Assembly: GCA_964350495.1 (NCBI GenBank) | Contig: CAYGKG010000003.1 | Coordinates: 4,825-68,824, forward strand | Direction: 5' to 3' | Length of the DNA: 64,000 nt | Source of the DNA: an uncultured Alphaproteobacteria bacterium | Lineage (GTDB): Bacteria; Pseudomonadota; Alphaproteobacteria; SHVP01 | Shown: in pieces, positions 49,840 through 59,178 of the stretch | How the letters are laid out: each line of letters opens with the position of its first letter | Position numbering within the stretch: the stretch's first letter is position 1 | Made by a program: the position numbers and the translations under genes | The notes under the pieces: generated by a model | What the model saw: only the letters and a program-made list of their open reading frames with translations | The model's database searches: none | What the model was told of the DNA's origin: nothing

Positions 49840-50553
49840 TCAGCCCCCGAGCGCGCGATCGACCAAAGCAACGGCGTCCGGCGTGCCGACGTGAAACCAA
49901 CCGCCGTCGTGCACGACACCGAAAAGCCGTCCCGCCGCAATCGCCCGATCCCACACGATATTGTTGGAGAACGGCCCGGCGGGCACATCGGCGTAGGCAC
50001 GGGGGTGGCAGATCAGCAATCCGGCATAGACGTACGGCGCGTGCGCCGCCCCACCCCGCCGCGAGAGACGCGCGTCCGGCCCAAGAAAGAAATCGCCCCT
50101 GCCGTCGAATCCGATCGCCGTTGCGCGGGGATGGAGCAGCATCTGGACGTCCATGACGTCATCGTCCCACGCTGCAACGAGACGTTCCAGCCCAGCGCCG
50201 CGACGCACGACATCGCTGGCCGCCAGGACAAAGGCGCCGGCGCCAAGCAACGGCAATGCCTTGGCAACCCCGCCGCCGGTATCGAGCAGCGCGCCGGTTT
50301 CGTCCGATATCGTTACCGCCGGCACAGCGCGAGCATCGCGGCGCGCGATATGGGCGCACACCTGCGCGGCGAGATGGTGCACGTTGACCACCGCGGCAGT
50401 GACCCCGGCCAACGCCAACTCCTCGAGGACGTGATCGAGCAGCGCCTTGCCCCCGACTTGGATCAAAGGCTTTGGGGTGCGTTCACCGATGGCGCCGAGC
50501 CGCCGGCCATACCCCGCCGCCAGCACCATCGCGGTGCGGGGCCGATCCGTCAC
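49840..50553 (-). CDS. Nucleotidyltransferase family protein (MurU-like MurNAc-1-P uridylyltransferase)
   Basis: N-terminal MVLAAGYGRRLG sugar-nucleotidyltransferase motif. Start is either GTG 50553 (GTGA overlap with the upstream stop) or ATG 50529. The stop directly abuts the addB start. Confidence 0.7.
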   Translation of the reverse strand: MTDRPRTAMVLAAGYGRRLGAIGERTPKPLIQVGGKALLDHVLEELALAGVTAAVVNVHHLAAQVCAHIARRDARAVPAVTISDETGALLDTGGGVAKALPLLGAGAFVLAASDVVRRGAGLERLVAAWDDDVMDVQMLLHPRATAIGFDGRGDFFLGPDARLSRRGGAAHAPYVYAGLLICHPRAYADVPAGPFSNNIVWDRAIAAGRLFGVVHDGGWFHVGTPDAVALVDRALGG

Positions 50554-51581
50554 GACGCGTCCATTGGCAGCACAAACGCTTCCGCCACGGGCGCGGTTCG
50601 GCGCTGCGCAGCCGGAACGTAGCGGTCGAACCAGGCGCGTAACGGGGCTAACGGCGGCGATGCCAAGTCGTTCTCCAAATGCCGCCAAACCCGCGGCATC
50701 AGTTTGAGATAACCGTTCTTCCCGTCGCGCAGGAAGAGGCGCCCGAAAACACCCAGAATACGTGTGTTCCGTTGCGCCCCTGTGAGCGCGAAGGACGTGC
50801 GAAACCGTTCCCGCGCTGCGTCACTCAGACCATCGCAATACTGAATGAGCGACGCCTCGACAACGCCTGGCGTGACATCGCGCCGCGCGTCTTCAAGTAG
50901 CGAGACCACATCGTAGGATGCCGGACCGGCGACGGCGTCTTGGTAGTCGAGAAGGCCAACGCGGCGAAGACCCGTTCGATCGGGCAACCAGATCAGGTTT
51001 TCGGCGTGATAGTCGAACAGCGTAAGCACCGGCGGTTCGACAAACAACGGCGCCAGCGCGGCGCGCCAACACTCTTCAAACGTTGCCACCGCCGTATCGG
51101 GTACCGACCCACCGCGCAAAGCCGGCAAGGTCCAGTCGATAAAAAGTCGCACCTCCCGCATCGCCCGGGGCGCGTCAAACACCGGCGTTTCCGCCGGCAC
51201 CTCCCGTCCGTGGAGATCGCGGAGCACGGCAATCGCGGCGGCGTAGAGATCCGCTTCGGACGCCCCGCGCCCGAGCACACGATTGTAAAGATCGTCGCCC
51301 AGGTCTTCGAGCAGCAGAAACCCCAACTCAGGGTCCGCTGCAAAGACCGCCGGGGCGCTATAGCCGAAACCGTGGAGCGCCGCGCCCACACGCAGGAACG
51401 GGCGCACATCCTCCCGACCCGGCGGGGCGTCCATCAGAATTGCGGCCCGCGCGGCATCCTCTACCCGGAAGTACCGGCGAAAGGACGCATCGCCGCTGAG
51501 CGGTTCGATTCGCGCGTCGCCCCACCCCGCCTTTGCAAGGAATTGCGCGGCGGCTCGTTCGCGCGGACTCACGACGACCAA
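50550..51581 (-). CDS. Aminoglycoside-phosphotransferase-fold kinase (AmgK-like anomeric MurNAc/GlcNAc kinase)
   Basis: 343 aa with the APH-family catalytic motif DYHAENLIWL and a DYQD metal-binding motif. Paired with the MurU-like gene. Confidence 0.7.
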   Translation of the reverse strand: MVVVSPRERAAAQFLAKAGWGDARIEPLSGDASFRRYFRVEDAARAAILMDAPPGREDVRPFLRVGAALHGFGYSAPAVFAADPELGFLLLEDLGDDLYNRVLGRGASEADLYAAAIAVLRDLHGREVPAETPVFDAPRAMREVRLFIDWTLPALRGGSVPDTAVATFEECWRAALAPLFVEPPVLTLFDYHAENLIWLPDRTGLRRVGLLDYQDAVAGPASYDVVSLLEDARRDVTPGVVEASLIQYCDGLSDAARERFRTSFALTGAQRNTRILGVFGRLFLRDGKNGYLKLMPRVWRHLENDLASPPLAPLRAWFDRYVPAAQRRTAPVAEAFVLPMDAS

Positions 51582-52027
51582 TCCTCGGCTTCCACGCGAC
51601 CTGTCTGCACACCGCTCCCCGATATTTCGGCGACGCGCCCCGCACCGTCATAGCGAAGGACAATGTCGATGCGGTCTTCGGGAAGATAGGGCCCCAAACG
51701 CTCCGGCCATTCTACGAGTGCAACCCCCTCGGCCAACGCATCCTCGAGACCCAACTCCCAGGTCTCTTCGGGCGCGTTGATCCGGTAAAGATCGAAATGC
51801 CAAACGATCATGTGGGGATAGCCGTACACCAACACCAAGTTGAACGTTGGGCTGGCGATCTCCTCGGTCGGCGAACCGGCGATCGTGCGGATGACCTGTC
51901 GTGCAACGACCGTCTTGCCGACACCAAGTTCGCCGCGCAGCGCGACGAAATCGCCGCGGCGCACAAACCGCCCGAGTTTGGCGGCAAACGCTTCGGTTGC
52001 GGCGAGATCGACAAGGCGAACGTGAAT
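51569..52027 (-). CDS. tsaE: tRNA t6A37 biosynthesis ATPase TsaE, with a probable ATT start
   Basis: Walker A GELGVGKT, SPTF and HFDLYR motifs. The conserved N-terminal segment (VRLVDLAATEAFAAKLG) lies upstream of the first canonical start (GTG 51964). An ATT at 52027 has GGGGAG 7 nt upstream and gives 152 aa. Confidence 0.75.
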   Translation of the reverse strand: MHVRLVDLAATEAFAAKLGRFVRRGDFVALRGELGVGKTVVARQVIRTIAGSPTEEIASPTFNLVLVYGYPHMIVWHFDLYRINAPEETWELGLEDALAEGVALVEWPERLGPYLPEDRIDIVLRYDGAGRVAEISGSGVQTGRVEAEDWSS

Positions 52028-52101
52028 AACAGGTCTCCCCGGTGCCGACGCCGGCGGCGCCCACCGGTCAGCGCGTTTCGTCGACCGCCCGAGCGCGGTC
52101 G

Positions 52102-53688
52102 CTAGGCAGCCGCGCGCGGCGCAGCCGCGCGGATGTCACTTTCGACGTACGACTCGAACTGAACGAAATTCTGTTGGAAACGACCGACAAGACCCGCCGC
52201 CGTCGTATCGTAGGCAGCTTTGTCGGACCAGGTACCGCGCGGGTTGAGGACGTCGGCCGGCACTCCCTGACAGGATTGCGGGACGCTGAGGCCGAAGTGC
52301 GGATCCACGACAAACGGCACCGAGTCGAGACCGCCGTGCAGCGCGGCATTGAGCAGCGCGCGGGTGTACTTGATCGACATCCGTTCGCCCACGCCGTAGG
52401 CACCCCCGGTCCACCCGGTGTTCACCAGCCAACAGGTGACGCCTTGGGAGACGATTTTCTCGCCCAGCAGCTTGGCATACACCGAGGGATGGCGCGGCAT
52501 GAAGGGCGCCCCGAAGCAGGTCGAGAACGTCGCTTGAGGTTCGTTGCCGAGGCCCTTCTCGGTACCTGCCACCTTCGCGGTATAGCCCGACAGGAAGTGA
52601 TACATCGCCTGTTCCGGGGTTAGTCGGGAAATCGGCGGTAGAACGCCGAAGGCATCGGCGGTCAGCATGATGACGTGACGCGGGTGACCGGCGGTGCCGG
52701 CCTCGATCGTGTTTGGAATGAAATCGATCGGATACGAAGCGCGGGTGTTCTCGGTGTAGTGCGCGCTGTCGAGATCGAGCGCGCGCGTCACGTCGTCGAC
52801 CGCGACGTTCTCCAAGACGGTCCCGAAGCGCCCGGTCGTTGCATAGATTTCGGGCTCTGCCTCGGGGCTCAGGCGAATCACCTTGGCGTAGCAACCCCCT
52901 TCGAAGTTGAACAGTCCGTTGTCGCTCCAGCCATGCTCGTCATCCCCGACCAAGCGGCGGTTGGGATCGGCGGAAAGGGTCGTCTTTCCGGTCCCCGATA
53001 GACCGAAGAAGATCGCTGAGTCGCCCTGCCCGCCAACGTTGACGGAACAATGCATCGGCAAAACGCTGCGATCCGGCAACAGGTAGTTCAAGATCGAGAA
53101 CACCGATTTCTTGATTTCGCCGGCGTAGGACGTCCCGCCGATCAGAACCGTCCTATCGGCAAAATTGACGATGATGAACGTCCCGCTCCGGGTGCCGTCG
53201 ATCGCCGGATCGGCCTCGAAACCCGGCGCCTGGATGATCGTGAACTGCGGCGTGAAGGCAGCCAGTTCGTCGGCGGTCGGCGCGATGAACATGTTCTGCG
53301 CAAATAGATTGTGCCAGGCCGCCTCGGTCACTATCCGCACCCCCAGGCGATACCGGGAATCGGCACCCGCCCAGCAGTCTTGGACGAAGAGGTCGCGGCC
53401 TTGCAGGTAGGCGAGCATTCGATGGCGCAACGTCGTGTAGTGCGCGATGTCGATGTCTTTGTTGACCGCGCCCCACCAGATGTTCCCTTCGTTTTCCGGC
53501 TCGCGGACGATGAATTTGTCCTGGGCGGACCGGCCGGTGTGTTCGCCGGTCAGAACGACCAACGCGCCGCCCGCCGCCAACTTGGCCTCACGGCGCAGGA
53601 TCGCTTCTTCATAAAGGCGCGGTGCCGCGAGGTTCCAATGGACCGTCCCGGTATTTCGAATGCCGATATCCTCAAGACTGCGCCGCAC
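52102..53688 (-). CDS. pckA: Phosphoenolpyruvate carboxykinase (ATP)
   Basis: 528 aa from a GTG start with AGGAGG 5 nt upstream. Kinase-1a motif [11 protein letters not shown] and conserved PCK-specific regions. Confidence 0.95.
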   Translation of the reverse strand: MRRSLEDIGIRNTGTVHWNLAAPRLYEEAILRREAKLAAGGALVVLTGEHTGRSAQDKFIVREPENEGNIWWGAVNKDIDIAHYTTLRHRMLAYLQGRDLFVQDCWAGADSRYRLGVRIVTEAAWHNLFAQNMFIAPTADELAAFTPQFTIIQAPGFEADPAIDGTRSGTFIIVNFADRTVLIGGTSYAGEIKKSVFSILNYLLPDRSVLPMHCSVNVGGQGDSAIFFGLSGTGKTTLSADPNRRLVGDDEHGWSDNGLFNFEGGCYAKVIRLSPEAEPEIYATTGRFGTVLENVAVDDVTRALDLDSAHYTENTRASYPIDFIPNTIEAGTAGHPRHVIMLTADAFGVLPPISRLTPEQAMYHFLSGYTAKVAGTEKGLGNEPQATFSTCFGAPFMPRHPSVYAKLLGEKIVSQGVTCWLVNTGWTGGAYGVGERMSIKYTRALLNAALHGGLDSVPFVVDPHFGLSVPQSCQGVPADVLNPRGTWSDKAAYDTTAAGLVGRFQQNFVQFESYVESDIRAAAPRAAA

Positions 53689-53790
53689 CCGGACCTCCTG
53701 CGCCTTTTCATGGGTTGCCCAACCGTAGATAGCCCAGGAATCGGGCGCAACCGGTTAGGCCCGCTCACCGCCCAATTGGTTGGGGATAAA

Positions 53791-54561
53791 TCAGGACTTT
53801 TGCGCGGCGCCGGTCAGCCGGACCAATTCCCGGCGGACGCAGTCCCGGGTGTAAACCCGTTCGGCGAAATCGATCCGGCAGGCAGCGGCGCCCTTGCGCA
53901 GATCGCAGCCGTCCGGATCGCACCCCGTCATGACCCACACCCCCGGTTCGCCGCCGGCCGCAGCGGCGAGGGTCGCCACTGCACCGGCATGATCGGTATT
54001 CATGTGATCGAGGATTGCCGCCTCGGCAGTAACGATCTCGTCCGCAGGCGCCACGGGCGTCGCAAGATCGCCCCACTCGTACCAGCGAATGACACCGAAA
54101 CCGGCGACAAGGTGCGCGCGCGTCGGCTCGAAGCGGAACAGCCCAAAGTCGGCGAAGGCGATGTAGTCGTTTGCATCGGGGTGGCGCGCGAGGTAGCGCG
54201 ACCGTGCGTGCTCATCGGTTGTTGCGGCGAGCGTCCCCTGCACCGTTACCCGTGCGCCGGTCAACGGATTCGGCAACCCGACGGTACCGTCAAAGAGAAG
54301 GCTGGCCCGCCCGTCGGCAAAAACATTCTGAGTATGCTCGGCGAGGCTCGACAACAGCATTACCGGCCGACCGTCGCTCTGGGTTGCGACCAGAACCAGC
54401 GACGCATAGGGCGCGCCCGACCCGGGCGGTCGGGAAAGCGTCGCGAGGGCGCCGGTCAGCGCTCCGCGAATCGTGCGGCGCGCGACCGCGACCGGATCGT
54501 TGTCGATCGACATTTCCTCGACGTCCTCGCCTAGAGCCGCACGGACAGACACCGCATCCAT
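53791..54561 (-). CDS. HugZ-family / pyridoxamine-5-prime-phosphate-oxidase-like protein with a DUF2470-like C-terminal domain
   Basis: 256 aa with an N-terminal split-barrel FMN-binding-like fold (GALATLS...PYASLVLVATQSDGRPVMLLS). The family assignment is from overall sequence resemblance only. Confidence 0.6.
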   Translation of the reverse strand: MDAVSVRAALGEDVEEMSIDNDPVAVARRTIRGALTGALATLSRPPGSGAPYASLVLVATQSDGRPVMLLSSLAEHTQNVFADGRASLLFDGTVGLPNPLTGARVTVQGTLAATTDEHARSRYLARHPDANDYIAFADFGLFRFEPTRAHLVAGFGVIRWYEWGDLATPVAPADEIVTAEAAILDHMNTDHAGAVATLAAAAGGEPGVWVMTGCDPDGCDLRKGAAACRIDFAERVYTRDCVRRELVRLTGAAQKS

Positions 54562-54682
54562 CCAATCGGCGTCCCAGGGCCGACTTTATTGCGCCAATCG
54601 GGCGCCTTCATGGTAATTCGCCCTACTAATGCCTAGATTCGGTCACACAGAGAGCCTTTCTCCTATTGGGCCGGGGACGCAC

Positions 54683-55387
54683 GTGGCTGCGACAATCGCA
54701 CTCGTCGACGACGACAAGAACATTCTGACCTCCGTTTCCATCGCGCTCGCCGCCGAGGGATTTACGGTGGACACCTATGCCGACGGTCAAGAGGCCCTCG
54801 AAGGCCTGAGCCGAAAACCGGCCGATTTGGTGATTCTCGATATCAAGATGCCACGGATGGACGGCCATGAACTTCTGAGCCGTCTGCGGCGAACCAGCGC
54901 GACGCCGGCAATTTTCTTGACCTCGAAGGACGACGAAATCGACGAAGTGCTCGGTCTCAAGATGGGGGCGGACGACTACATTCGCAAACCGTTCTCCCAA
55001 CGACTGTTGCTCGAGCGAGTCCGGGCAGTTCTGCGCCGGGCTGACCCGGTGCCGCCAAAAGGTGGGGCAGAATCCGGTGCCGGCAACCTGATTGCCCGGG
55101 GACCGCTGACGATGGACCCCGCGCGCCACGCCTGCGCCTGGCGCGATCAGGAGGTTCGCCTCACGGTGACCGAATTCCTCATTCTCCAAGCGTTGGCGAA
55201 CCGCCCTGGCCACGTGAAAAGCCGCGACCAGCTCATGGACGTAGCGTATGACGACCAGATCTACGTTGACGACCGGACCATCGACAGCCACATCAAGCGA
55301 TTGCGCAAGAAATTCCGCGATGTCGACGTCGAGTTCGATTCAATTGAGACCCTCTATGGTCTGGGCTATCGGTTTCGCGAGAAATAG
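54683..55387 (+). CDS. chvI: OmpR-family response regulator ChvI
   Basis: A GTG at 54683 gives (M)[26 protein letters not shown]..., closely resembling ChvI/BvrR N-termini. It has the receiver Asp ([13 protein letters not shown]) and a winged-helix C-terminus (GLGYRF). It is divergent from pckA, as in other alphaproteobacteria. Confidence 0.85.
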   Translation: MAATIALVDDDKNILTSVSIALAAEGFTVDTYADGQEALEGLSRKPADLVILDIKMPRMDGHELLSRLRRTSATPAIFLTSKDDEIDEVLGLKMGADDYIRKPFSQRLLLERVRAVLRRADPVPPKGGAESGAGNLIARGPLTMDPARHACAWRDQEVRLTVTEFLILQALANRPGHVKSRDQLMDVAYDDQIYVDDRTIDSHIKRLRKKFRDVDVEFDSIETLYGLGYRFREK

Positions 55388-55393
55388 CGCGGC

Positions 55394-57091
55394 ATGGGTG
55401 CATGGCGCCGCCAATCGCAACCCGGAGAACGCGCTGCAGGCCTCGCGTTCGTGACAAACCGCCGTCCGGCCAACCGACGGTCGAACACGCGTGTACGACG
55501 GCGGCTGGGCTCGATCACTACGCGGATTCTAGCTCTCAACCTGCTCGCCTTGATGCTGCTTGTGTTCGGACTCTTTTACGTCGACGAATTCCGCGACGGT
55601 TTGGTTGAGGCAAAAATTCAAAGTCTGCGCACCGAGGGCGAGATCATCGCCGGCGCACTGGGCGAATCGGCGCTGGAACCCCAACCGCTCGGCCCCACGT
55701 TGGATCCCGCCGCCACGCGACAACTCCTGCGTCGGCTAATCGAACCAACCGAAGAGCGCGCGCGCGTCTTCGATCCGGCCGGAACCCTGATCGCCGATAG
55801 CCGCAGCCTTCTCGAAGCGGGACGTGAGGTGGAGTTCGCGATTTTGCCGCCGGTCGCCGACCTTTCTTTTGCCGAAAAGACCTATGAAGCCACCGGCGAC
55901 CTTTGGCGGGCGATCACCGGCGGACCTCGCTTGCCAGCCTACATCGAACGCGGCGACCAAGCCGGCCACGACTACCATGAAGTCGCGAATGCCTTGGCCG
56001 GCGAGTTCGGCTCGGCGCAACGGGCGCGCAGCGGCGAAGTTGTCTTGTCCGTCGCGTTGCCGATCCAATCGTTCAAACGGGTGCTCGGCGCCTTGATGCT
56101 GACGGCCGACACCGCCGATATCGACGCGCGGGTCCGCGAGTTCCGCCTGGCCATCCTCCAGGTCTCCGGGTTTGCGTTTGCCATCACCGTACTGTTGTCG
56201 CTGTACCTCGCCGGGACCATCGCACGGCCGGTAAAGCGGCTTGCTGCCGCCGCCGAGCGGGTGCGCGGCGGACCCGGTCGTGAAACCGAGATCCCCGACT
56301 TCACCTATCGATCGGACGAAATCGGCGAGTTGTCCGGCGCACTGCGCGATATGACATCGACGCTCTACAAGCGCCTCGACGCGATCGAATCCTTTGCCGC
56401 CGACGTCGCCCACGAAATCAAAAATCCGTTGACCAGTTTGCGAAGCGCGGTGGAAGCGCTGGACAAGGCGCGCGACGATGCCCAGCGGCAACAACTCCTC
56501 GACATCGTGCGCGACGACGTCGGCCGCATCGATCGGCTGTTAAGCGATATTTCGGACGCGTCGCGTCTCGACGCGGAGCTGTCTAGAACGCATATGGCGC
56601 CGGTCAATCTGCGGCGCCTATTGGAAACCATCGTCGAAATACACCAGACGACGGGAAAGCCTGGCGAAGCCGGGTTTCGTCTACGAATCGACGGGGACGG
56701 ACCCTTCTTTGTTCTTGGCATCGAAGACCGCTTGGGTCAGGTCATGCGCAATGTCGTCGGCAATGCTCGATCGTTCAGCCCGCCGGGGGCGACCATCGCG
56801 CTGTCGCTGGGACGGACCGCTAGAAACCTAGAGATCGCCTGTGAGGACGACGGACCAGGCTTTCCCCCCGAGCACATGGACCGGGTTTTCGAGCGCTTCT
56901 ATACTCAGCGCCCGGAGGGCGAGGCGTTCGGCACACACTCTGGTCTCGGCTTAAGTATCTCTCGGCAAATCATCGATGCCCATCGCGGCACCATTGCGGC
57001 GACCAACCGCGTTGGCGACAATGGCAGCCCGTGCGGTGCGCGGGTCACGATCACGCTCCCCGCACTGGATCCCGCCGTTGACTCGAACTGA
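55394..57091 (+). CDS. chvG: Sensor histidine kinase ChvG (ExoS/BvrS family)
   Basis: 565 aa with two TM helices, a periplasmic domain, HAMP, the H-box FAADVAHEIKNPLTSL, and the N, G1 and G2 boxes (GLGLSISRQI). Confidence 0.85.
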   Translation: MGAWRRQSQPGERAAGLAFVTNRRPANRRSNTRVRRRLGSITTRILALNLLALMLLVFGLFYVDEFRDGLVEAKIQSLRTEGEIIAGALGESALEPQPLGPTLDPAATRQLLRRLIEPTEERARVFDPAGTLIADSRSLLEAGREVEFAILPPVADLSFAEKTYEATGDLWRAITGGPRLPAYIERGDQAGHDYHEVANALAGEFGSAQRARSGEVVLSVALPIQSFKRVLGALMLTADTADIDARVREFRLAILQVSGFAFAITVLLSLYLAGTIARPVKRLAAAAERVRGGPGRETEIPDFTYRSDEIGELSGALRDMTSTLYKRLDAIESFAADVAHEIKNPLTSLRSAVEALDKARDDAQRQQLLDIVRDDVGRIDRLLSDISDASRLDAELSRTHMAPVNLRRLLETIVEIHQTTGKPGEAGFRLRIDGDGPFFVLGIEDRLGQVMRNVVGNARSFSPPGATIALSLGRTARNLEIACEDDGPGFPPEHMDRVFERFYTQRPEGEAFGTHSGLGLSISRQIIDAHRGTIAATNRVGDNGSPCGARVTITLPALDPAVDSN

Positions 57092-57115
57092 TACCAAGCG
57101 CACGCTCCGCTCGCC

Positions 57116-57574
57116 ATGATTGTCGTCCATGCAACGTGTGTCGATATCGGCGGCGCCGCGATTTTGCTTCGCGGCAGCCCTGCTGCAGGAAAGTCCGACT
57201 TGGCGCTGCGACTCATCGACGAAGGCGCGAAACTTGTAGCGGACGACCAAGTTCAGCTGGCGGCAGTTCGCGGCGAACTCATCGCCTCGGCACCGCCTCA
57301 ACTGTCCGGTAAAATCGAAGTCCGCGGCCTCGGCATTTTTGAACTTGAGGACGCAAAAATTTCGCCGCGCGCTCGGGTTACCTTGGTGGCCGATCTCGGG
57401 CCCAGTGCGGATGTCGCCCGTTTGCCGCACCGCACGACGTGCCGCCTCGACACCATAGATGTCCCGCTCGTCGCGCTCGCTCCCTTCGAGGCGTCCTCAC
57501 CTGCAAAGATCCGGTTGGCACTTAGGACCTGGAGCGCTAGCGGTCGCAGCGCCCACGCGCTCAACGATGCCTGA
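57116..57574 (+). CDS. hprK: HPr kinase/phosphorylase, short alphaproteobacterial form (C-terminal domain only)
   Basis: 152 aa with the P-loop GSPAAGKSD and the signature IEVRGLGIF. Confidence 0.85.
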   Translation: MIVVHATCVDIGGAAILLRGSPAAGKSDLALRLIDEGAKLVADDQVQLAAVRGELIASAPPQLSGKIEVRGLGIFELEDAKISPRARVTLVADLGPSADVARLPHRTTCRLDTIDVPLVALAPFEASSPAKIRLALRTWSASGRSAHALNDA

Positions 57575-58475
57575 CCAAAACCACATGAGCCCCGAGGTAT
57601 CGGATACGCCGAAACTGCGCGTTCTTCTTGTTACCGGTATCTCCGGCGCCGGGCGGTCCACCGCGTTGAAGCTGCTCGAAGACGCCGGCTACGAGGCAAT
57701 GGACAACATTCCATTGAACCTGCTGATCGGATTTCTCGCCGCAGACCCATCGACGCTCCTCACCCGCCACGGTGCGATCGCCGCCGGCATCGATATCCGA
57801 ACCCGCGATTTCGATGTCGAACACTTCGTCGAACGCATTGCACCCCTGCGCGACCGCCCAGACATGGAGGTCTCACTTCTTTTCTTGGATTGCGACGATG
57901 AGGTGCTGTCGCGCCGCTACACCGAGACCCGGCGGCGCCACCCGCTCGCCGAGGACAGACCCGTTCTCGACGGCATTCGCATGGAACGCGACATGATCGG
58001 TGGCCTACGGGAGCACGCCGACCTCGTCGTCGACACCTCGGCAATGATCGCGGGCGACCTGCGCGAGGTGCTGTCCGGGCATTTCAAATTGGCCGAAGGC
58101 CCAGCCTTGACCGCCACGGTGGTATCCTTTTCGTACCGCAAAGGGTTGCCGCGCGAGGCCGATCTTGTGTTCGATGTCCGATTCCTGCGTAATCCCCACT
58201 ACGTCGAGAACTTAAAGCCGAAATCTGGGATGGACAGTGACGTCGCCGCGTATATCGAGGCCGACCCCGCGGCCACAGAGTTTCTGACGACAGTGGAAAA
58301 CCTCTTGATCGACCTGTTGCCACGCTTTGCCCGCGAAGGCAAAACCTACCTTACCGTTGCAATCGGATGTACCGGGGGCCAACACCGGTCGGTCTACGTT
58401 GCCGAGCAACTCGCAACGCGCCTGGAGAACAACGGGCACGCGATCAATCGGCGGCACCGCGACGTGTCGCGATGA
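57567..58475 (+). CDS. rapZ: RNase adapter protein RapZ (YhbJ family P-loop NTPase)
   Basis: ATG 57567 overlaps the hprK end by 8 nt. Walker A VTGISGAGRSTALKLLED and a conserved C-terminal region (IGCTGGQHRSV). Confidence 0.9.
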   Translation: MPDQNHMSPEVSDTPKLRVLLVTGISGAGRSTALKLLEDAGYEAMDNIPLNLLIGFLAADPSTLLTRHGAIAAGIDIRTRDFDVEHFVERIAPLRDRPDMEVSLLFLDCDDEVLSRRYTETRRRHPLAEDRPVLDGIRMERDMIGGLREHADLVVDTSAMIAGDLREVLSGHFKLAEGPALTATVVSFSYRKGLPREADLVFDVRFLRNPHYVENLKPKSGMDSDVAAYIEADPAATEFLTTVENLLIDLLPRFAREGKTYLTVAIGCTGGQHRSVYVAEQLATRLENNGHAINRRHRDVSR

Positions 58476-58861
58476 TCGGCGTCGTGGTCGTTTCGCAAGG
58501 TGCGCTCAGTCGCGAATTCGTCGCGGCCGCCGAGCACGTTGTCGGGCCGCAGAAAAACATCGCAGCCGTTTGCCTGGACTGGAACAGTGAAGTCGGCGAG
58601 TGCGGCAACCGGATCCATGAGGCGGTGACCCAGGTCGACCGCGGCGCGGGGGTCATCATCGTCGCCGACATGATGGGCGGCACACCGTGCAACCTAGCGG
58701 TAGCCGAGATGCGGAGTCCGAATGTCGAGGTCATCGCGGGCCTCAATCTCCCCATGCTTCTAAAGCTTTTGACGACCCGCGAGGGCGGCGATGTCGCGCG
58801 GGTTGCCGATGCAGTCGAACAAACCGGCCGCGCCCACATCAAACGCGTCGGTGTCGCGTAA
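58472..58861 (+). CDS. manX: PTS EIIA-Man family protein (ManX-like) with Gln at the expected phospho-His position
   Basis: 129 aa from ATG 58472 (ATGA overlap with the rapZ stop). It starts MIGVVVVSQGALSREF...MMGGTPCN...VIAGLNLPML and aligns to the EIIA-Man fold. Codon 9 is CAA (58496-58498). Confidence 0.8.
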   Translation: MIGVVVVSQGALSREFVAAAEHVVGPQKNIAAVCLDWNSEVGECGNRIHEAVTQVDRGAGVIIVADMMGGTPCNLAVAEMRSPNVEVIAGLNLPMLLKLLTTREGGDVARVADAVEQTGRAHIKRVGVA

Positions 58862-58864
58862 CCG

Positions 58865-59152
58865 ATGCCCGAGACCGACGACTGGCTTGTCGAGGAACTG
58901 GAGATCGTCAATGAACGGGGCCTGCATGCGCGGGCCGCGGCCCGGCTGGTGACCGTTGCCAACCAGTTCGAGGCCGACCTCACCGTTTCCAAGGACGAAC
59001 ACACGGTGCCCGCCCGCTCCATTATGGGCCTCCTTCTCTTGGTCGCCGGCCTCGGATCGTCGATCACACTCGCCGCCAAGGGCCGCGACGCGCCGGAGGC
59101 TCTTGCAGCGCTCGGCGCACTGGTGAGAAATCGCTTCGATGAGGCCAAATGA
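58865..59152 (+). CDS. npr: HPr-family phosphocarrier protein (NPr)
   Basis: 95 aa. The active-site His lies in NERGLHARAAARL and the regulatory Ser in VPARSIMGLL. Confidence 0.85.
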   Translation: MPETDDWLVEELEIVNERGLHARAAARLVTVANQFEADLTVSKDEHTVPARSIMGLLLLVAGLGSSITLAAKGRDAPEALAALGALVRNRFDEAK

Positions 59153-59162
59153 AGATCACGAT

Positions 59163-59178
59163 ATAAAGATATCTTTAT
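59163..59178. promoter_or_regulatory. Perfect 16-nt palindrome ATAAAGATATCTTTAT in the AT-rich island upstream of ahcY (candidate operator)
   Basis: The sequence equals its own reverse complement. It lies about 100 nt upstream of the ahcY ATG in an otherwise GC-rich region. Its function is unknown. Confidence 0.3.
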
